Shown: positions 8,542 through 18,366 of the stretch, piece after piece
How positions within the stretch are numbered: position 1 is the stretch's first letter
How the letters are laid out: each line of letters begins with the position of its first letter
Source: a virus
Length of the DNA stretch: 64,000 bases
Reading direction: 5' to 3' (one strand)
IMG/VR virus record: IMGVR_UViG_3300043424_000108
Span: 1 to 64,000 of that record
Position numbers and translations under genes: made by a program
Notes under the pieces: model-generated
What the model saw: the letters and a program-made list of their open reading frames with translations, nothing else
Told to the model about the DNA's origin: nothing
Databases searched by the model: none

Positions 8542-10569
8542 ATGCCAGAAGAATTAGAATCAGCAGGCCTAATTGCAGGCCAACAACTTCAAATCTTTGA
8601 CGATCCATTCTCTATGGAGTTCATGCAAGAAGCAGAAAGAACTATCGAAGTATCTGCTATCAATGCTCCTAAAGTAAAACGTGCACGTAAAGTCTTAACA
8701 GACAAATTCGTAATGCACAAGGATCTAAAGAAACGTTTACTTAAACTTAAGTCTACTGATGTCCCCCAAATCGTAAAGGACATGGTAGATGACTTATTAT
8801 CCCTCAAAAGAGTCCCAGAAGGCTCTAAGTATTGTAATTATCTTGGTTTATCACAAGCAGACTACAGCAAACTCTCTTATCTAGACGAAGAACGTAAAAA
8901 TAGATTGCAGGGAGAAGAAACAAGAATGCATATGATTAAACCAGGAACTATCATTAAAGTACACACAGCAAGACCACGTATCTGGAAAGGAAATCATGCA
9001 ATCAAGAGTTATAGTCTTACTCTTACAAATCGTCACTTAGGAGGATCTGTTTACCCTATCAGAGAGTTTCAGACTGTTACAGGTACTCATACTGCTACTT
9101 ACTATGATGATGCAGAAGAAACAGTAGATTCTAGTTATGCTTTCTTTTGTCCTGTGTTAGAAGCAGAGTCTAACGACTTCAGACTTAGACACAGTAACAT
9201 GTATGGAGCTCATAACTTTGTACTGACTCCAGATGGTTTAGTCAGTACTGGAAACCATCCTAAAATACTCGGTGTAGAGTTTGAGAAAACTGAAGTAGTA
9301 ATGCCTCAGGTGTGGAACTTTAAGAAGCGTTATCACACTTCTGTAGGTAAACTTATTCGTAGAATCTTCAAAGACAAGTACTCAGATCGAGATATCACTA
9401 GTTTTTCTGAGGCTTATGCTTCTTTGATTACTGTAGCTAATCCTCTTTATGATTTTCAGATTATGGAAGGAGAACAAGTTAAGTGGGCTTATCACGAAGA
9501 TAATTACCATACTTTCACTAATACTTTGGGTAGTTCTTGTATGCGTTATGACAGATGTCAAAGCTACTTTGGTATCTACACTAAAGACCCTTCTAAAGTT
9601 AAGATAGGTGTTCTCTTGAGGAGTGGTAAGGTAGCTGCTCGAGCTATCCTGTGGAACTTAGGCGATTATTGGGCCTATGACAGAATTTATTCTACTAGAA
9701 CTGAGACAGAAAACTTGCTTAAGTCTACCCTAGAAACAGCAGGATACAGAAGAATCTGGCAAACATCAGGTCACTATTCTCTTAAGATAGATTTAAGTGA
9801 CGTATCAAGATTCCCTTACGTAGATACTTTACACTGTTATAATCCTGACTCTCAAATCTTAAGTAACTATGGAGAAGGTCATCACTTTAGCTTTAGATCT
9901 ACTGGAGGTGATTATTACGATAACGGAGCAGATGAAGACAACAATGTAGACTGCGCTTGTTGTGGGGATACAGTAGAATTTGACGATTCTTACTATGTAG
10001 ACAGAGGTAGACACCGAGGAGAAAGATGTTGTTCAAGTTGTCATGTTTATTCAGACGCTATGGATATTACTTTCACAACAGATGACGAGCATGTAAGTAC
10101 TTATGATAATGACTCTGTCATGTTAAGAGATTCTGTTCAGTTATTTGACGGACAATATGCTTATGACTGTGATTCTCAACTTAGGGAATATCATAACGGC
10201 AGATACTTTATCACCAGCATTCATCCTTATGAACTGATCAATGGTTCTTTCTACCATCCAGATGATGAGGATAAGCCAGAAGAAACTACGGAAGATTATA
10301 GTGAGCCTCTTCCTACTATTACTGTGCATCCAACACAACTTACTGGTAATGTTACAACTTCAAGTAATGTTATACTGACACGTAGTACTAGCTCTTCTAG
10401 TCCTTATAGTTTCTATCACCCAAGTCAGGTTTATAATGACAGTCTTATTACAGTTGTAAGTGCATTAGAAGCAGCAATGGAGATTGATGAGACTACTCCA
10501 GCAACAGAAACTACTCCAACTACAGAGACCACAGAAACTACTGAAGGTCCTGATCAATTTTTAATTTAA
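8542..10569 (+). CDS. large uncharacterised phage protein with SCMR/RAILW/DRIY core, CxxC Zn ribbon and T/E-rich tail
   Basis: 675 aa; GSSCMRY, AARAILW, YDRIY, FPYVDT; CACC...CCSSC; low-complexity C-terminus. Confidence 0.8.
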   Translation: MPEELESAGLIAGQQLQIFDDPFSMEFMQEAERTIEVSAINAPKVKRARKVLTDKFVMHKDLKKRLLKLKSTDVPQIVKDMVDDLLSLKRVPEGSKYCNYLGLSQADYSKLSYLDEERKNRLQGEETRMHMIKPGTIIKVHTARPRIWKGNHAIKSYSLTLTNRHLGGSVYPIREFQTVTGTHTATYYDDAEETVDSSYAFFCPVLEAESNDFRLRHSNMYGAHNFVLTPDGLVSTGNHPKILGVEFEKTEVVMPQVWNFKKRYHTSVGKLIRRIFKDKYSDRDITSFSEAYASLITVANPLYDFQIMEGEQVKWAYHEDNYHTFTNTLGSSCMRYDRCQSYFGIYTKDPSKVKIGVLLRSGKVAARAILWNLGDYWAYDRIYSTRTETENLLKSTLETAGYRRIWQTSGHYSLKIDLSDVSRFPYVDTLHCYNPDSQILSNYGEGHHFSFRSTGGDYYDNGADEDNNVDCACCGDTVEFDDSYYVDRGRHRGERCCSSCHVYSDAMDITFTTDDEHVSTYDNDSVMLRDSVQLFDGQYAYDCDSQLREYHNGRYFITSIHPYELINGSFYHPDDEDKPEETTEDYSEPLPTITVHPTQLTGNVTTSSNVILTRSTSSSSPYSFYHPSQVYNDSLITVVSALEAAMEIDETTPATETTPTTETTETTEGPDQFLI

Positions 10570-10574
10570 AAACA

Positions 10575-12002
10575 ATGAAATACACAACAAACAAACTAGA
10601 AGCAATAGACCACACCATTAAGGGTGATTTCCCAGTAGATTTTGATCTACTATTTGATATTATGTATCAACAAAGTCCTACTTATCAACCAGAACTCGAA
10701 GAAATTAAGAAAGATTGGCTTATTGAGCTTATCTCTAAGATCGAGGGAGTTACTGTTTATGAGAGAGGAGGCAATATCTATTGCACAAAAGGATCAGCAG
10801 AATTCTATCCTACTATCGTAGCTCACTATGACACAGCTCAAAGCTATCATGTAGGTATGCAAATCTTCAAGACAAATGAGTGGATTTTTGGCTTCGATAA
10901 TGCAAGAGGTGAACAGTGTGGCTTAGGTCTCGATGATGCTGTAGGTGTATGCTTTGCTATCCAAATGCTTAAGATGATGCCTCATTGTAAGGTATTCTTG
11001 CCTTATGGCGAGGAGCGAGGTTTAGTAGGTACTTATGCTTGTGATATGTCTTTCTTTGACAACTCATTGGTTGTCACTCAGTTAGATCGCAGATCCTATA
11101 CAAACGACTTCATCAAATTTACTAATGGTGTTCAGACTTTCAACCCTGCTCACTATGAATTGATTGAGCCTTTGATGGAGAAGTATAACTATTCTCTTAA
11201 CTCAGGCACAGCTACTGATGTAGGTGGTCTTCGTAAGCAAGGTCTTAAGGTATCTTCTCATAATTTATCTTGTGGTTATTTTAACGAGCATGGAGATAGC
11301 GAGGTAGCAAGTGTAGCACTTCTTACTAATGCTTTCAGTTTTGCTTATGAAATGCTTACAATGTTAGCTGAGAGAAACATTCCTCTTACCTTCCCTGTAC
11401 CTTCTCTTAGGGCAGAACTTCCTTATGGCGGTAGTAAGACTAAATCTACTACTACTTACTTGGGAACAGGTGCTAGACAGATTAATATCTGGGATGAAGA
11501 TGACGAAGACTGGTACTTTGATGTACAGAGAGGAGAGTGGATGCCTCCAAAAAGCGAATTGGCTTCTACTAAAGGTCCAAAGCACTGGTCTAGACCAGAA
11601 GATTCCTTGGACATGTTAGATCCCTTTGGAGATGTTGCTTACGATAAAGATAAAGCAGAACAAACCGCTGCTGAAGAAGAATACCAAATCTACAGTGAAT
11701 GGATAGAGTCATGTTATCCTGAGTATCAAGATCCTCGACTAAGGGATGAATTAGCATCATTTAGCATTAAGTCTAAAGTCTTGTACAAACAAGAAGACTT
11801 AGACGAGATGATTATGGATGGAACATGTCCTAACTGTCTTGGTAATCACATTCATATCACAAACGATCTTTTATTAAGTAGTTATTGTTATGATTGCGAA
11901 AGCATCTTCAACGTACCCAAAGACGAACAAGAATTCATTGGAACTTTGATGGACGATTGTAAAAAGGGAGAAGTAGCTTTCTCAGACATTGTGAAGCTTT
12001 AA
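10575..12002 (+). CDS. M28/M20-like Zn peptidase with C-terminal Zn ribbon
   Basis: AHYDT, GLDDAVGV, GEERG, QLDRR, TDV, GYFNEH; CPNC...CYDC. Confidence 0.85.
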   Translation: MKYTTNKLEAIDHTIKGDFPVDFDLLFDIMYQQSPTYQPELEEIKKDWLIELISKIEGVTVYERGGNIYCTKGSAEFYPTIVAHYDTAQSYHVGMQIFKTNEWIFGFDNARGEQCGLGLDDAVGVCFAIQMLKMMPHCKVFLPYGEERGLVGTYACDMSFFDNSLVVTQLDRRSYTNDFIKFTNGVQTFNPAHYELIEPLMEKYNYSLNSGTATDVGGLRKQGLKVSSHNLSCGYFNEHGDSEVASVALLTNAFSFAYEMLTMLAERNIPLTFPVPSLRAELPYGGSKTKSTTTYLGTGARQINIWDEDDEDWYFDVQRGEWMPPKSELASTKGPKHWSRPEDSLDMLDPFGDVAYDKDKAEQTAAEEEYQIYSEWIESCYPEYQDPRLRDELASFSIKSKVLYKQEDLDEMIMDGTCPNCLGNHIHITNDLLLSSYCYDCESIFNVPKDEQEFIGTLMDDCKKGEVAFSDIVKL

Positions 12003-12005
12003 TCT

Positions 12006-12275
12006 ATGGAAATAGAACATTATGGAGAGAGTCTGGAGTCACATCCAGACTTTCTCTTTATGAAAAAAATGTGGATGGAAGACTTGGAAAAAGTTCATGA
12101 ATCCCTTATCTTTGTAGACCCGATAAAGATTAATTCTCAGGAAATCTTTAAGGGTGTAAACTTTACTTTAATCAAACCAACCAATGAAGAAGACGTTTTA
12201 CGAAGTTCTCTGGGCACTACTGCAGAAAGAGAAGATGATCGACAAGTGGATTTACGAAGAAAAACTTCTACATAA
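12006..12275 (+). CDS. hypothetical protein
   Basis: ORF directly after the peptidase; overlaps next gene. Confidence 0.55.
   Translation: MEIEHYGESLESHPDFLFMKKMWMEDLEKVHESLIFVDPIKINSQEIFKGVNFTLIKPTNEEDVLRSSLGTTAEREDDRQVDLRRKTST
12084..12114 (+). promoter_or_regulatory. Bacteroidota-type promoter upstream of replication genes
   Basis: TTGGAA-N17-TATCTTTG. Confidence 0.6.
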
Positions 12276-12747
12276 CGGAACCACTTATAGTTGGACACCT
12301 AAAGCACTAGAGGATTTAGACTTCTCTAAATCTATTGGAGAGTTGATTGCTCCCAAATCTTCTGTAATTGAGTCACTTGCTAACAAACATGTAAATCAAA
12401 CAGCAAAGAAAGACATTGTTATCTCTGCTACTTGGTTAGGCGAGTTTATAAGTAAGTTCAGTGCTAAGAATCTAGGAGTATCAGGTAAAACAACTGATAA
12501 GTCTAGCGTAGTAAAACGCTTAATCAAGTTTCTAAGTGAGTACGACTATACCCTAGAGGATATAGCACAAGCAACAGATCTCTATATAAGTACACTTAAG
12601 TCTCAAGGAAACATCAGGTATATTAGAGAGTGTGGTTACTTTATTTACAAAAAGATAGATGGCGTAGACCAAAGCGACTTAGCCAAATGGTGTGAGGAGT
12701 TAAAGAATGGTACAGGTCCAGCCTATAATAGTCATCAAATTTTGTAA
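12184..12747 (+). CDS. putative replication initiator / helicase loader
   Basis: Directly upstream of DnaB; YI...YFIYK...SDLA C-terminal domain; function inferred from position. Confidence 0.55.
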   Translation: MKKTFYEVLWALLQKEKMIDKWIYEEKLLHNGTTYSWTPKALEDLDFSKSIGELIAPKSSVIESLANKHVNQTAKKDIVISATWLGEFISKFSAKNLGVSGKTTDKSSVVKRLIKFLSEYDYTLEDIAQATDLYISTLKSQGNIRYIRECGYFIYKKIDGVDQSDLAKWCEELKNGTGPAYNSHQIL

Positions 12748-12757
12748 GTAATTAATT

Positions 12758-13870
12758 ATGGAGTTTGAACAATTAATTGGGCAGATTGAACGTAATAAAC
12801 TAGTGAAGGAAGAGGGGGGATTAACTTCTATCCCTCCTCCATTTCCTAGACTAGGGGAGTATTACGGAGGATTTACTAAAGGTTCTATTACTTGTTTAAC
12901 AGCTGCATCAGGTGTAGGTAAGTCAAAGTTCGCTAAGTACATGACTATCTTAAACATCTACAAGCAAGTACGCTTAAACAAGAGTTCTATACAACCTAAA
13001 ATCTTCTACTTTGCCCTAGAAGAAAGTGCTACAGACTTCTGGTTATCCTTTATCTCAATCTTTATGTATGAGAAGCACAGGATAACTATTAGCGTACAAC
13101 AACTAAAGTCTATTGGTAATTACACTATGACTAACGATCTTATGGCTAAGGTTAAGGATGCTGAAAGATTCATCTATAACCTACAAGAGATCGTAGAAGT
13201 AATTGATTACATTAGAAACCCTACGGGTATGTCTAAATATATTAGAGCCTATTTTGATAACCCTGAAGTCGGAGAGCACACATACAAAGAACTCGAAGAC
13301 GGTAAGAAGTTAATCACAGGCTACAAGTATAAGTCAGATGATACCTGGGTATTTTTTATTTTAGACCACATTAGTCTCTTATCTAATGAGATTGCTCCTG
13401 ACACCAAGATTAAGTTATCGTCTTATCAAACCTTTGACTTTATGGTTAAAGACTACGTATTAGAGGTTTTCTCTAAGCGTTACAAGATGATTAACGTAAT
13501 CGTACATCAGCAGACACCTGCATCAGAAAAACAGACTTACACCTACAAAGGTCAATTGATGGAAGAGAAACTAGAACCATCAATGGAGGAACTCCACATC
13601 AACAAAGGTGTACACCAAGACTACGAAATTGTCATTGGTTTATTTAGCCCTGCTAGATACAACATAGCTACTCATAATGGGTATGACGTAAGTATCTTAG
13701 GTAACAAGTATCGCTCACTTAAATTCCTTAAAGATCGTTACTATGGCTTAGAAAACTCAAGCATAGGACTTTATTTTAATGGAGCTAACGGAGAATTCCA
13801 AGAGCTACCAAGACCACAGGATATGAATAACCCAGTAGGCAATCATTACGAACGATTTTTAAAAATGTAA
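12758..13870 (+). CDS. dnaB: DnaB-like (SF4) replicative helicase
   Basis: Walker A AASGVGKS, FALEE, ILDHISLL, HQQ, LKDRYYG. Confidence 0.9.
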   Translation: MEFEQLIGQIERNKLVKEEGGLTSIPPPFPRLGEYYGGFTKGSITCLTAASGVGKSKFAKYMTILNIYKQVRLNKSSIQPKIFYFALEESATDFWLSFISIFMYEKHRITISVQQLKSIGNYTMTNDLMAKVKDAERFIYNLQEIVEVIDYIRNPTGMSKYIRAYFDNPEVGEHTYKELEDGKKLITGYKYKSDDTWVFFILDHISLLSNEIAPDTKIKLSSYQTFDFMVKDYVLEVFSKRYKMINVIVHQQTPASEKQTYTYKGQLMEEKLEPSMEELHINKGVHQDYEIVIGLFSPARYNIATHNGYDVSILGNKYRSLKFLKDRYYGLENSSIGLYFNGANGEFQELPRPQDMNNPVGNHYERFLKM

Positions 13871-13876
13871 CAAAGA

Positions 13877-14200
13877 ATGGATGAACAACAGAACCCGTAT
13901 TTAATTAGAATAATCAAACAGATGTGTGACGTTATTAACGTAGACTATACCACTATCGACTTCAAAGAAGATGGATGGTATGAGAAGCACACATGGACAA
14001 TAGAACAAGAAGATAACTTCTTGATATGGCTCTCCTCAGAACTTTACAACAATAAAGACATGAGAGAAGAGTTATTGACTGATCCTGAGAAAGATCTTCA
14101 GAACTGCTTCACTGCTGCAATACACTTTGTAGGCAACTTTGGGTGGAACACAGAAGATGATATCATAGACCAAATAGACGAAATCGAAGAAACCAAATAA
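13877..14200 (+). CDS. hypothetical protein
   Basis: Acidic ORF within replication operon. Confidence 0.7.
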   Translation: MDEQQNPYLIRIIKQMCDVINVDYTTIDFKEDGWYEKHTWTIEQEDNFLIWLSSELYNNKDMREELLTDPEKDLQNCFTAAIHFVGNFGWNTEDDIIDQIDEIEETK

Positions 14201-14210
14201 AAATAAATAT

Positions 14211-14915
14211 ATGTCAAGCAAACTAATCGCAATTGTAGGCCCTTCAGGTACAGGTAAATCTACCTCTATCAGAACCCTAGATCCCAAAGAAACCTTTATC
14301 ATCAACGTAGCACGGAAAGAATTGCCTTTCAAAGGAGCAGAGAAACTCTACAACACTGAGTCAAAGAACTACATGGAAGTAGATGAGATCGCTCAAATCA
14401 CAGCTTTGTTACAACAAATCAGCGAGAAAGCACCACACATCAAGAATGTAATTATGGATGATGCTATCTACTCTATGTCTTTCCTTATGATGAAGAAAGC
14501 CAACGAAGTAGGTTTCGGTAAATTTGTAAACTTGGCTAAGGATGTAACCAACATGCTTACCACAGCTCGTAAACTTCGTAATGACCTTAAAGTATTCTAC
14601 ATCACTCACTCAGAGAACATAGAGGATGATGGACATATCGTAGGTCAGAAGATTAAGACTATCGGTAAAGCATTGGACAACCAAATTGTACTCGAAGGAT
14701 TGTTTACTATCGCTCTCTATACTCACGTAGGTGAGGATAAAGACGAGAAAGCAACTTATCATTTTGTAACCAACCGTTTTAGAAACTATCCAGCGAAAAG
14801 CCCTATGGATATGTTTGCTGACACATTGATTCCAAATGATTTGAACCTTGTATGTCAAGCAATTGACACCTATTACGCAGAAGAAGTAAAAGAAGTACCA
14901 ACAAAAACAAAATAA
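14211..14915 (+). CDS. AAA_24 / Sak4-like ATPase (recombinase)
   Basis: GPSGTGKST, IMDD, ITHSE, KIKTIGKALD, LEGLFT, AKSPMDMF. Confidence 0.88.
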   Translation: MSSKLIAIVGPSGTGKSTSIRTLDPKETFIINVARKELPFKGAEKLYNTESKNYMEVDEIAQITALLQQISEKAPHIKNVIMDDAIYSMSFLMMKKANEVGFGKFVNLAKDVTNMLTTARKLRNDLKVFYITHSENIEDDGHIVGQKIKTIGKALDNQIVLEGLFTIALYTHVGEDKDEKATYHFVTNRFRNYPAKSPMDMFADTLIPNDLNLVCQAIDTYYAEEVKEVPTKTK

Positions 14916-14942
14916 AACAAACAAATTTAAAGACAAAAAATT

Positions 14943-15785
14943 ATGAAATTCGAAGAATTAGAAACCAGAGAGCCTTCATCAGGCAAGAAAATGTACACAG
15001 GATTTGCTCCTATCCAAATCGTTGCTGTAAATCCAAATACTGCAGCACTTGCTGCACTTTTGGGAATTGATGCTGATAAGGTTAAAGAACCCAACTACGA
15101 AGGAGAAAACGGAATGCGTCTAGACTTCTGGTATGTAAACCATCCAGACTTCAAAACAGATTTGCGTGGTAAATTCTCTTTGTGGGTTAATAACGATACT
15201 CGTACCTCACAAGCAGGTAAGAAACAATTCATTGACAACTTTACAAGAACCTCTTGGGCTCTTAACTTGGCTGACTTGAGTGACGCACAATCTGCTTTAG
15301 ATCCTTCTCGTAGAATGGACTTGAGAAGTGCACGTGAAGCTAAAGGTGGTGAAGAGTCAGTTTACTCTTTGCTTAAAGCTTACGGTAACATCTCTCCTAA
15401 AGAAAAGCCATTTGTACTTGACTCTTGGAGTTCTATTGCTAAAGGTAAGGGTAACGAGTTGACAGACTTTTTTGCTCACTTTAACAAAGCTAACATGGGT
15501 ATCAAAGTATTGTTGGGTATCAAAGATGGTAAGTACCAAGACGTATGCACTAAGGTGTTTGTTAACGTAGGTGGTAAAATCACTGACTACGTAGCTAAGC
15601 AAATCACTGGTGAGTATGGCTTTAAGAGTTTTTACGGAAACTTTACCTTCAAAGAATACACTGAGAACGATGCTCCTGAAAGCAACGAAGTAGAGAGTCC
15701 TTTCTCTAACGAACCTGCTATGAACTGGGATAGTAGTGATGTAGCAACTGCACCTATTAGCGAAGACGTAGACAGCATATTCTAA
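14943..15785 (+). CDS. single-stranded DNA-binding protein (crAss-like)
   Basis: Follows the Sak4-like ATPase; VAVNP and RLDFW motifs; acidic tail ending DVDSIF. Confidence 0.7.
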   Translation: MKFEELETREPSSGKKMYTGFAPIQIVAVNPNTAALAALLGIDADKVKEPNYEGENGMRLDFWYVNHPDFKTDLRGKFSLWVNNDTRTSQAGKKQFIDNFTRTSWALNLADLSDAQSALDPSRRMDLRSAREAKGGEESVYSLLKAYGNISPKEKPFVLDSWSSIAKGKGNELTDFFAHFNKANMGIKVLLGIKDGKYQDVCTKVFVNVGGKITDYVAKQITGEYGFKSFYGNFTFKEYTENDAPESNEVESPFSNEPAMNWDSSDVATAPISEDVDSIF

Positions 15786-15812
15786 ATCTTTTTGATATTC
15801 TATTCTATTTTT

Positions 15813-15845
15813 AAAAAAGGGGGTTACATTTGTAGCCCCTTTTTT
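15813..15845 (+). terminator. intrinsic terminator
   Basis: AAAAAAGGGGGTTACA-TT-TGTAGCCCCTTTTTT. Confidence 0.75.
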
Positions 15846-15861
15846 ATTAATCAACCTAGTT

Positions 15862-16851
15862 ATGGATTTAACAAGTATTGAAATCAGACCTAACGTACAG
15901 ACACTGTACAAACTTGTAGGACAAGAGACCTTGATGTCTTTTTACTTCGGTGAAAAAATAGACCTAAAAAAGAAATACAAGAATCCTTTTAGATCTGATA
16001 AACATGCTACTTGCTTCTTCAAGTGGAGTCAAGGAGGTAATCTCTACTTTATTGACTACGCTACTGAAAAAATCCACTATAACTGCATAGACATAGCTCA
16101 AATGAGTACAGGGTATGAGTATCCTGATATCCTTTACAAGATTGAGTCAGACTTCCAGCTTAAGAATTTTAGCCTAGAAGATAGGCTTAGACTTAAAATA
16201 GAAGTAGATAGTCTTAAGACAGTCAAACCAGCAGAAGTAAAACCTGCATCCATTAAAGTAAAACTAACTAAGTTCAATCAGAAAGACCTAGAATACTGGT
16301 CTCAGTTTGGAGTAACAGAGAAGATTCTTAAGTTCTATGATGTACGAAGAGTAGAGAAGGCTTGGATAGCAGAGAATATATGGTACATCAACAATGACTT
16401 TGATCCTTGTTATCGGTATAAAGAGAAAGATAAGTTTAAACTGTATCGTCCTTATGCAGATAAGAGAGTAAAATTTAGAACCAACTTCTTCGGAGGTATG
16501 CTGGAGGGATATACTCAGCTACCACATAAAGGAAGTATCTTGATTATTACTAAGGGAACTAAAGATGTGATGACCTTACATTCTATTGGAGTAAATGCAG
16601 TAGCTGTTAGAAGTGAAACAACTCCTATCTCAGAGAATGCTTATGAGCTTCTTAAGGCTAGGTTTGATAACATTTATATTTGGTTTGATGCAGATAGAGC
16701 AGGAATAGAAGGAGCAAAGAAAATATCAGAGATGTACGATATACCAGTATTGTATCATCATGCAAGCTTAGGTAAAGACATTAGTGATATTTATAAAGAA
16801 CACGGAAAAGAAAAATTAATAGAAATATGCCAACAGTTCACGATATTGTAA
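15862..16851 (+). CDS. DNA primase (DnaG-like, TOPRIM)
   Basis: NPFRSDKHATC N-domain, IITKGTKDVM, WFDADRAG, KDISD. Confidence 0.9.
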   Translation: MDLTSIEIRPNVQTLYKLVGQETLMSFYFGEKIDLKKKYKNPFRSDKHATCFFKWSQGGNLYFIDYATEKIHYNCIDIAQMSTGYEYPDILYKIESDFQLKNFSLEDRLRLKIEVDSLKTVKPAEVKPASIKVKLTKFNQKDLEYWSQFGVTEKILKFYDVRRVEKAWIAENIWYINNDFDPCYRYKEKDKFKLYRPYADKRVKFRTNFFGGMLEGYTQLPHKGSILIITKGTKDVMTLHSIGVNAVAVRSETTPISENAYELLKARFDNIYIWFDADRAGIEGAKKISEMYDIPVLYHHASLGKDISDIYKEHGKEKLIEICQQFTIL

Positions 16852-17468
16852 AAGAGGCGTTAGACTTAGCGCTTAAAGATTTAAAAATAGAAGCGCTAGT
16901 ACAGGAAAGTGTTTGGATTAAAATGAAGAGTAAGACTAAATACTCTAATTATTACCAAAGACGAGTAACAATAACTTCACCAGAAGAAGCAGCAGCAAAA
17001 AGGTTGGCTAGGTTTAATGCTTCGCAAAAAACTAAAACTAACTTAAGAAAGTTTACTGAACTAGAACAGTCTGTACTTTCTATTGTATGTAGAGTACACA
17101 AGATTAAAGTAGAAGACTTTCTCAAAGTACGTAGAGGAAGAGAATTAGTAGATGCAAGATTCCAATTTGCAGCTGTCCTCAGACTTCAATTCTACTACAC
17201 TTTTACTAAGATAGCTTTCCTTCTAGGTAAAGATCACTCAAGTATTATTCATTCTATTAAACAACACAAAGACTTCTACGACACTATTAGTTCGTATAAA
17301 GCCTTATACATAAGAGTGCTTAACGAAATAGAAAAAGATTACCCAGGACTCCTCAACACAACACTAAACCCTAATATTATTTTAGTGGAAAGTAGAGCAG
17401 GATATGGTAAGAGAGAAAAAGTAGTTACTAGTACTTCTGAACAACTTAATAATGAAGAAGCTAATTGA
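16827..17468 (+). CDS. DnaA C-terminal (domain IV) HTH-like protein
   Basis: RRGRELVDARF...FTKIAFLLGKDHSSIIHS. Confidence 0.8.
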   Translation: MPTVHDIVKEALDLALKDLKIEALVQESVWIKMKSKTKYSNYYQRRVTITSPEEAAAKRLARFNASQKTKTNLRKFTELEQSVLSIVCRVHKIKVEDFLKVRRGRELVDARFQFAAVLRLQFYYTFTKIAFLLGKDHSSIIHSIKQHKDFYDTISSYKALYIRVLNEIEKDYPGLLNTTLNPNIILVESRAGYGKREKVVTSTSEQLNNEEAN

Positions 17469-18153
17469 TATACCAGATGACTGGTATCAACATTTAAAAG
17501 AAACAATAGAGAGTCCGTATTTTAAGAGCCTTGGGGGCTTCATCGCTAAGGAAAGAGCAAGTAAACAGATCTTTCCTAAAAGGGATGAAGTCTTCAGGGC
17601 TTTTAATTTAACTCCCTTTCAGAAAGTCCGTGTAGTTATACTAGGTATGGACCCTTATCCAAACAGACATAAGGGTGAGCCAGTAGCATGTGGACTTTCT
17701 TTTGCACCTAGAAACCGAGACTACGTACCTCCTTCTCTTAGGATTATGTACGATAGAATTAAAAAAGACATTTATCCAGACGAGTTATCCTTCCCCATAG
17801 ATATGAATATAGAATCATGGGCTAAGCAAGGAATTCTTATGATAAATGCAGCTTTAACTATCGAAGAAGGTAAGTCAGGTTCTCACCTAGAACAATGGAA
17901 ACAATTTACCGAAGAAGTATTTAAGACTCTAAGTAGCAGTACTACAGGTTTAATCTTCTGTTTCTGGGGTAAAGACGCTTTAAAATTTGCTCATCTAGTA
18001 GATGACAAATTCCACCACGTATTAACAGCACCCCATCCTGCTTCTGCCATATATCAAAAAGGAGAATGGGCCTGCGATCATTTCACAAGGATTAACGAAA
18101 TTCTAATGGCTAACAATGGAGAGTCTATTGATTGGCTAGATAACTTAAAATAG
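17452..18153 (+). CDS. ung: uracil-DNA glycosylase (family 1)
   Basis: VVILGMDPYP, GLSF, PPSL, WAKQGIL, SH, HPAS. Confidence 0.95.
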   Translation: MKKLIDIPDDWYQHLKETIESPYFKSLGGFIAKERASKQIFPKRDEVFRAFNLTPFQKVRVVILGMDPYPNRHKGEPVACGLSFAPRNRDYVPPSLRIMYDRIKKDIYPDELSFPIDMNIESWAKQGILMINAALTIEEGKSGSHLEQWKQFTEEVFKTLSSSTTGLIFCFWGKDALKFAHLVDDKFHHVLTAPHPASAIYQKGEWACDHFTRINEILMANNGESIDWLDNLK

Positions 18154-18168
18154 ATTAAATAAAAACAA

Positions 18169-18366
18169 ATGAATTGGCAAGATTACGAGACCTTAGGTCA
18201 TATCGAGTTTAAAGGTAAATTAGTAGAATACCTCAAAGAAAGAACAACAGAAATAAAGAAACTTGAGCAGAACAGTGAGTATGATTACTGTGAGATTCAA
18301 GGAAGAACAAAAGAACTAGAAGAACTAACCAGATTTATCGAAACATTTAAAAGACCAGCACTATGA
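18169..18366 (+). CDS. hypothetical protein
   Basis: A-rich leader; ATGA overlap with next gene. Confidence 0.65.
   Translation: MNWQDYETLGHIEFKGKLVEYLKERTTEIKKLEQNSEYDYCEIQGRTKELEELTRFIETFKRPAL

Noticed and set aside
10490-10545. ETT/ACTAC repeats
   Set aside because: Low-complexity coding tail of the 675-aa protein, not an independent element
15825-15832. TACATTTG -7 box inside the terminator hairpin before primase (also 8240 and 19201)
   Set aside because: No correctly spaced -33 element; may be chance in AT-rich DNA
15357-15911. 184-aa antisense ORF over SSB, and similar antisense ORFs over the ATPase, vRNAP and other genes
   Set aside because: Shadow ORFs expected from codon bias; no motifs, promoters or plausible leaders
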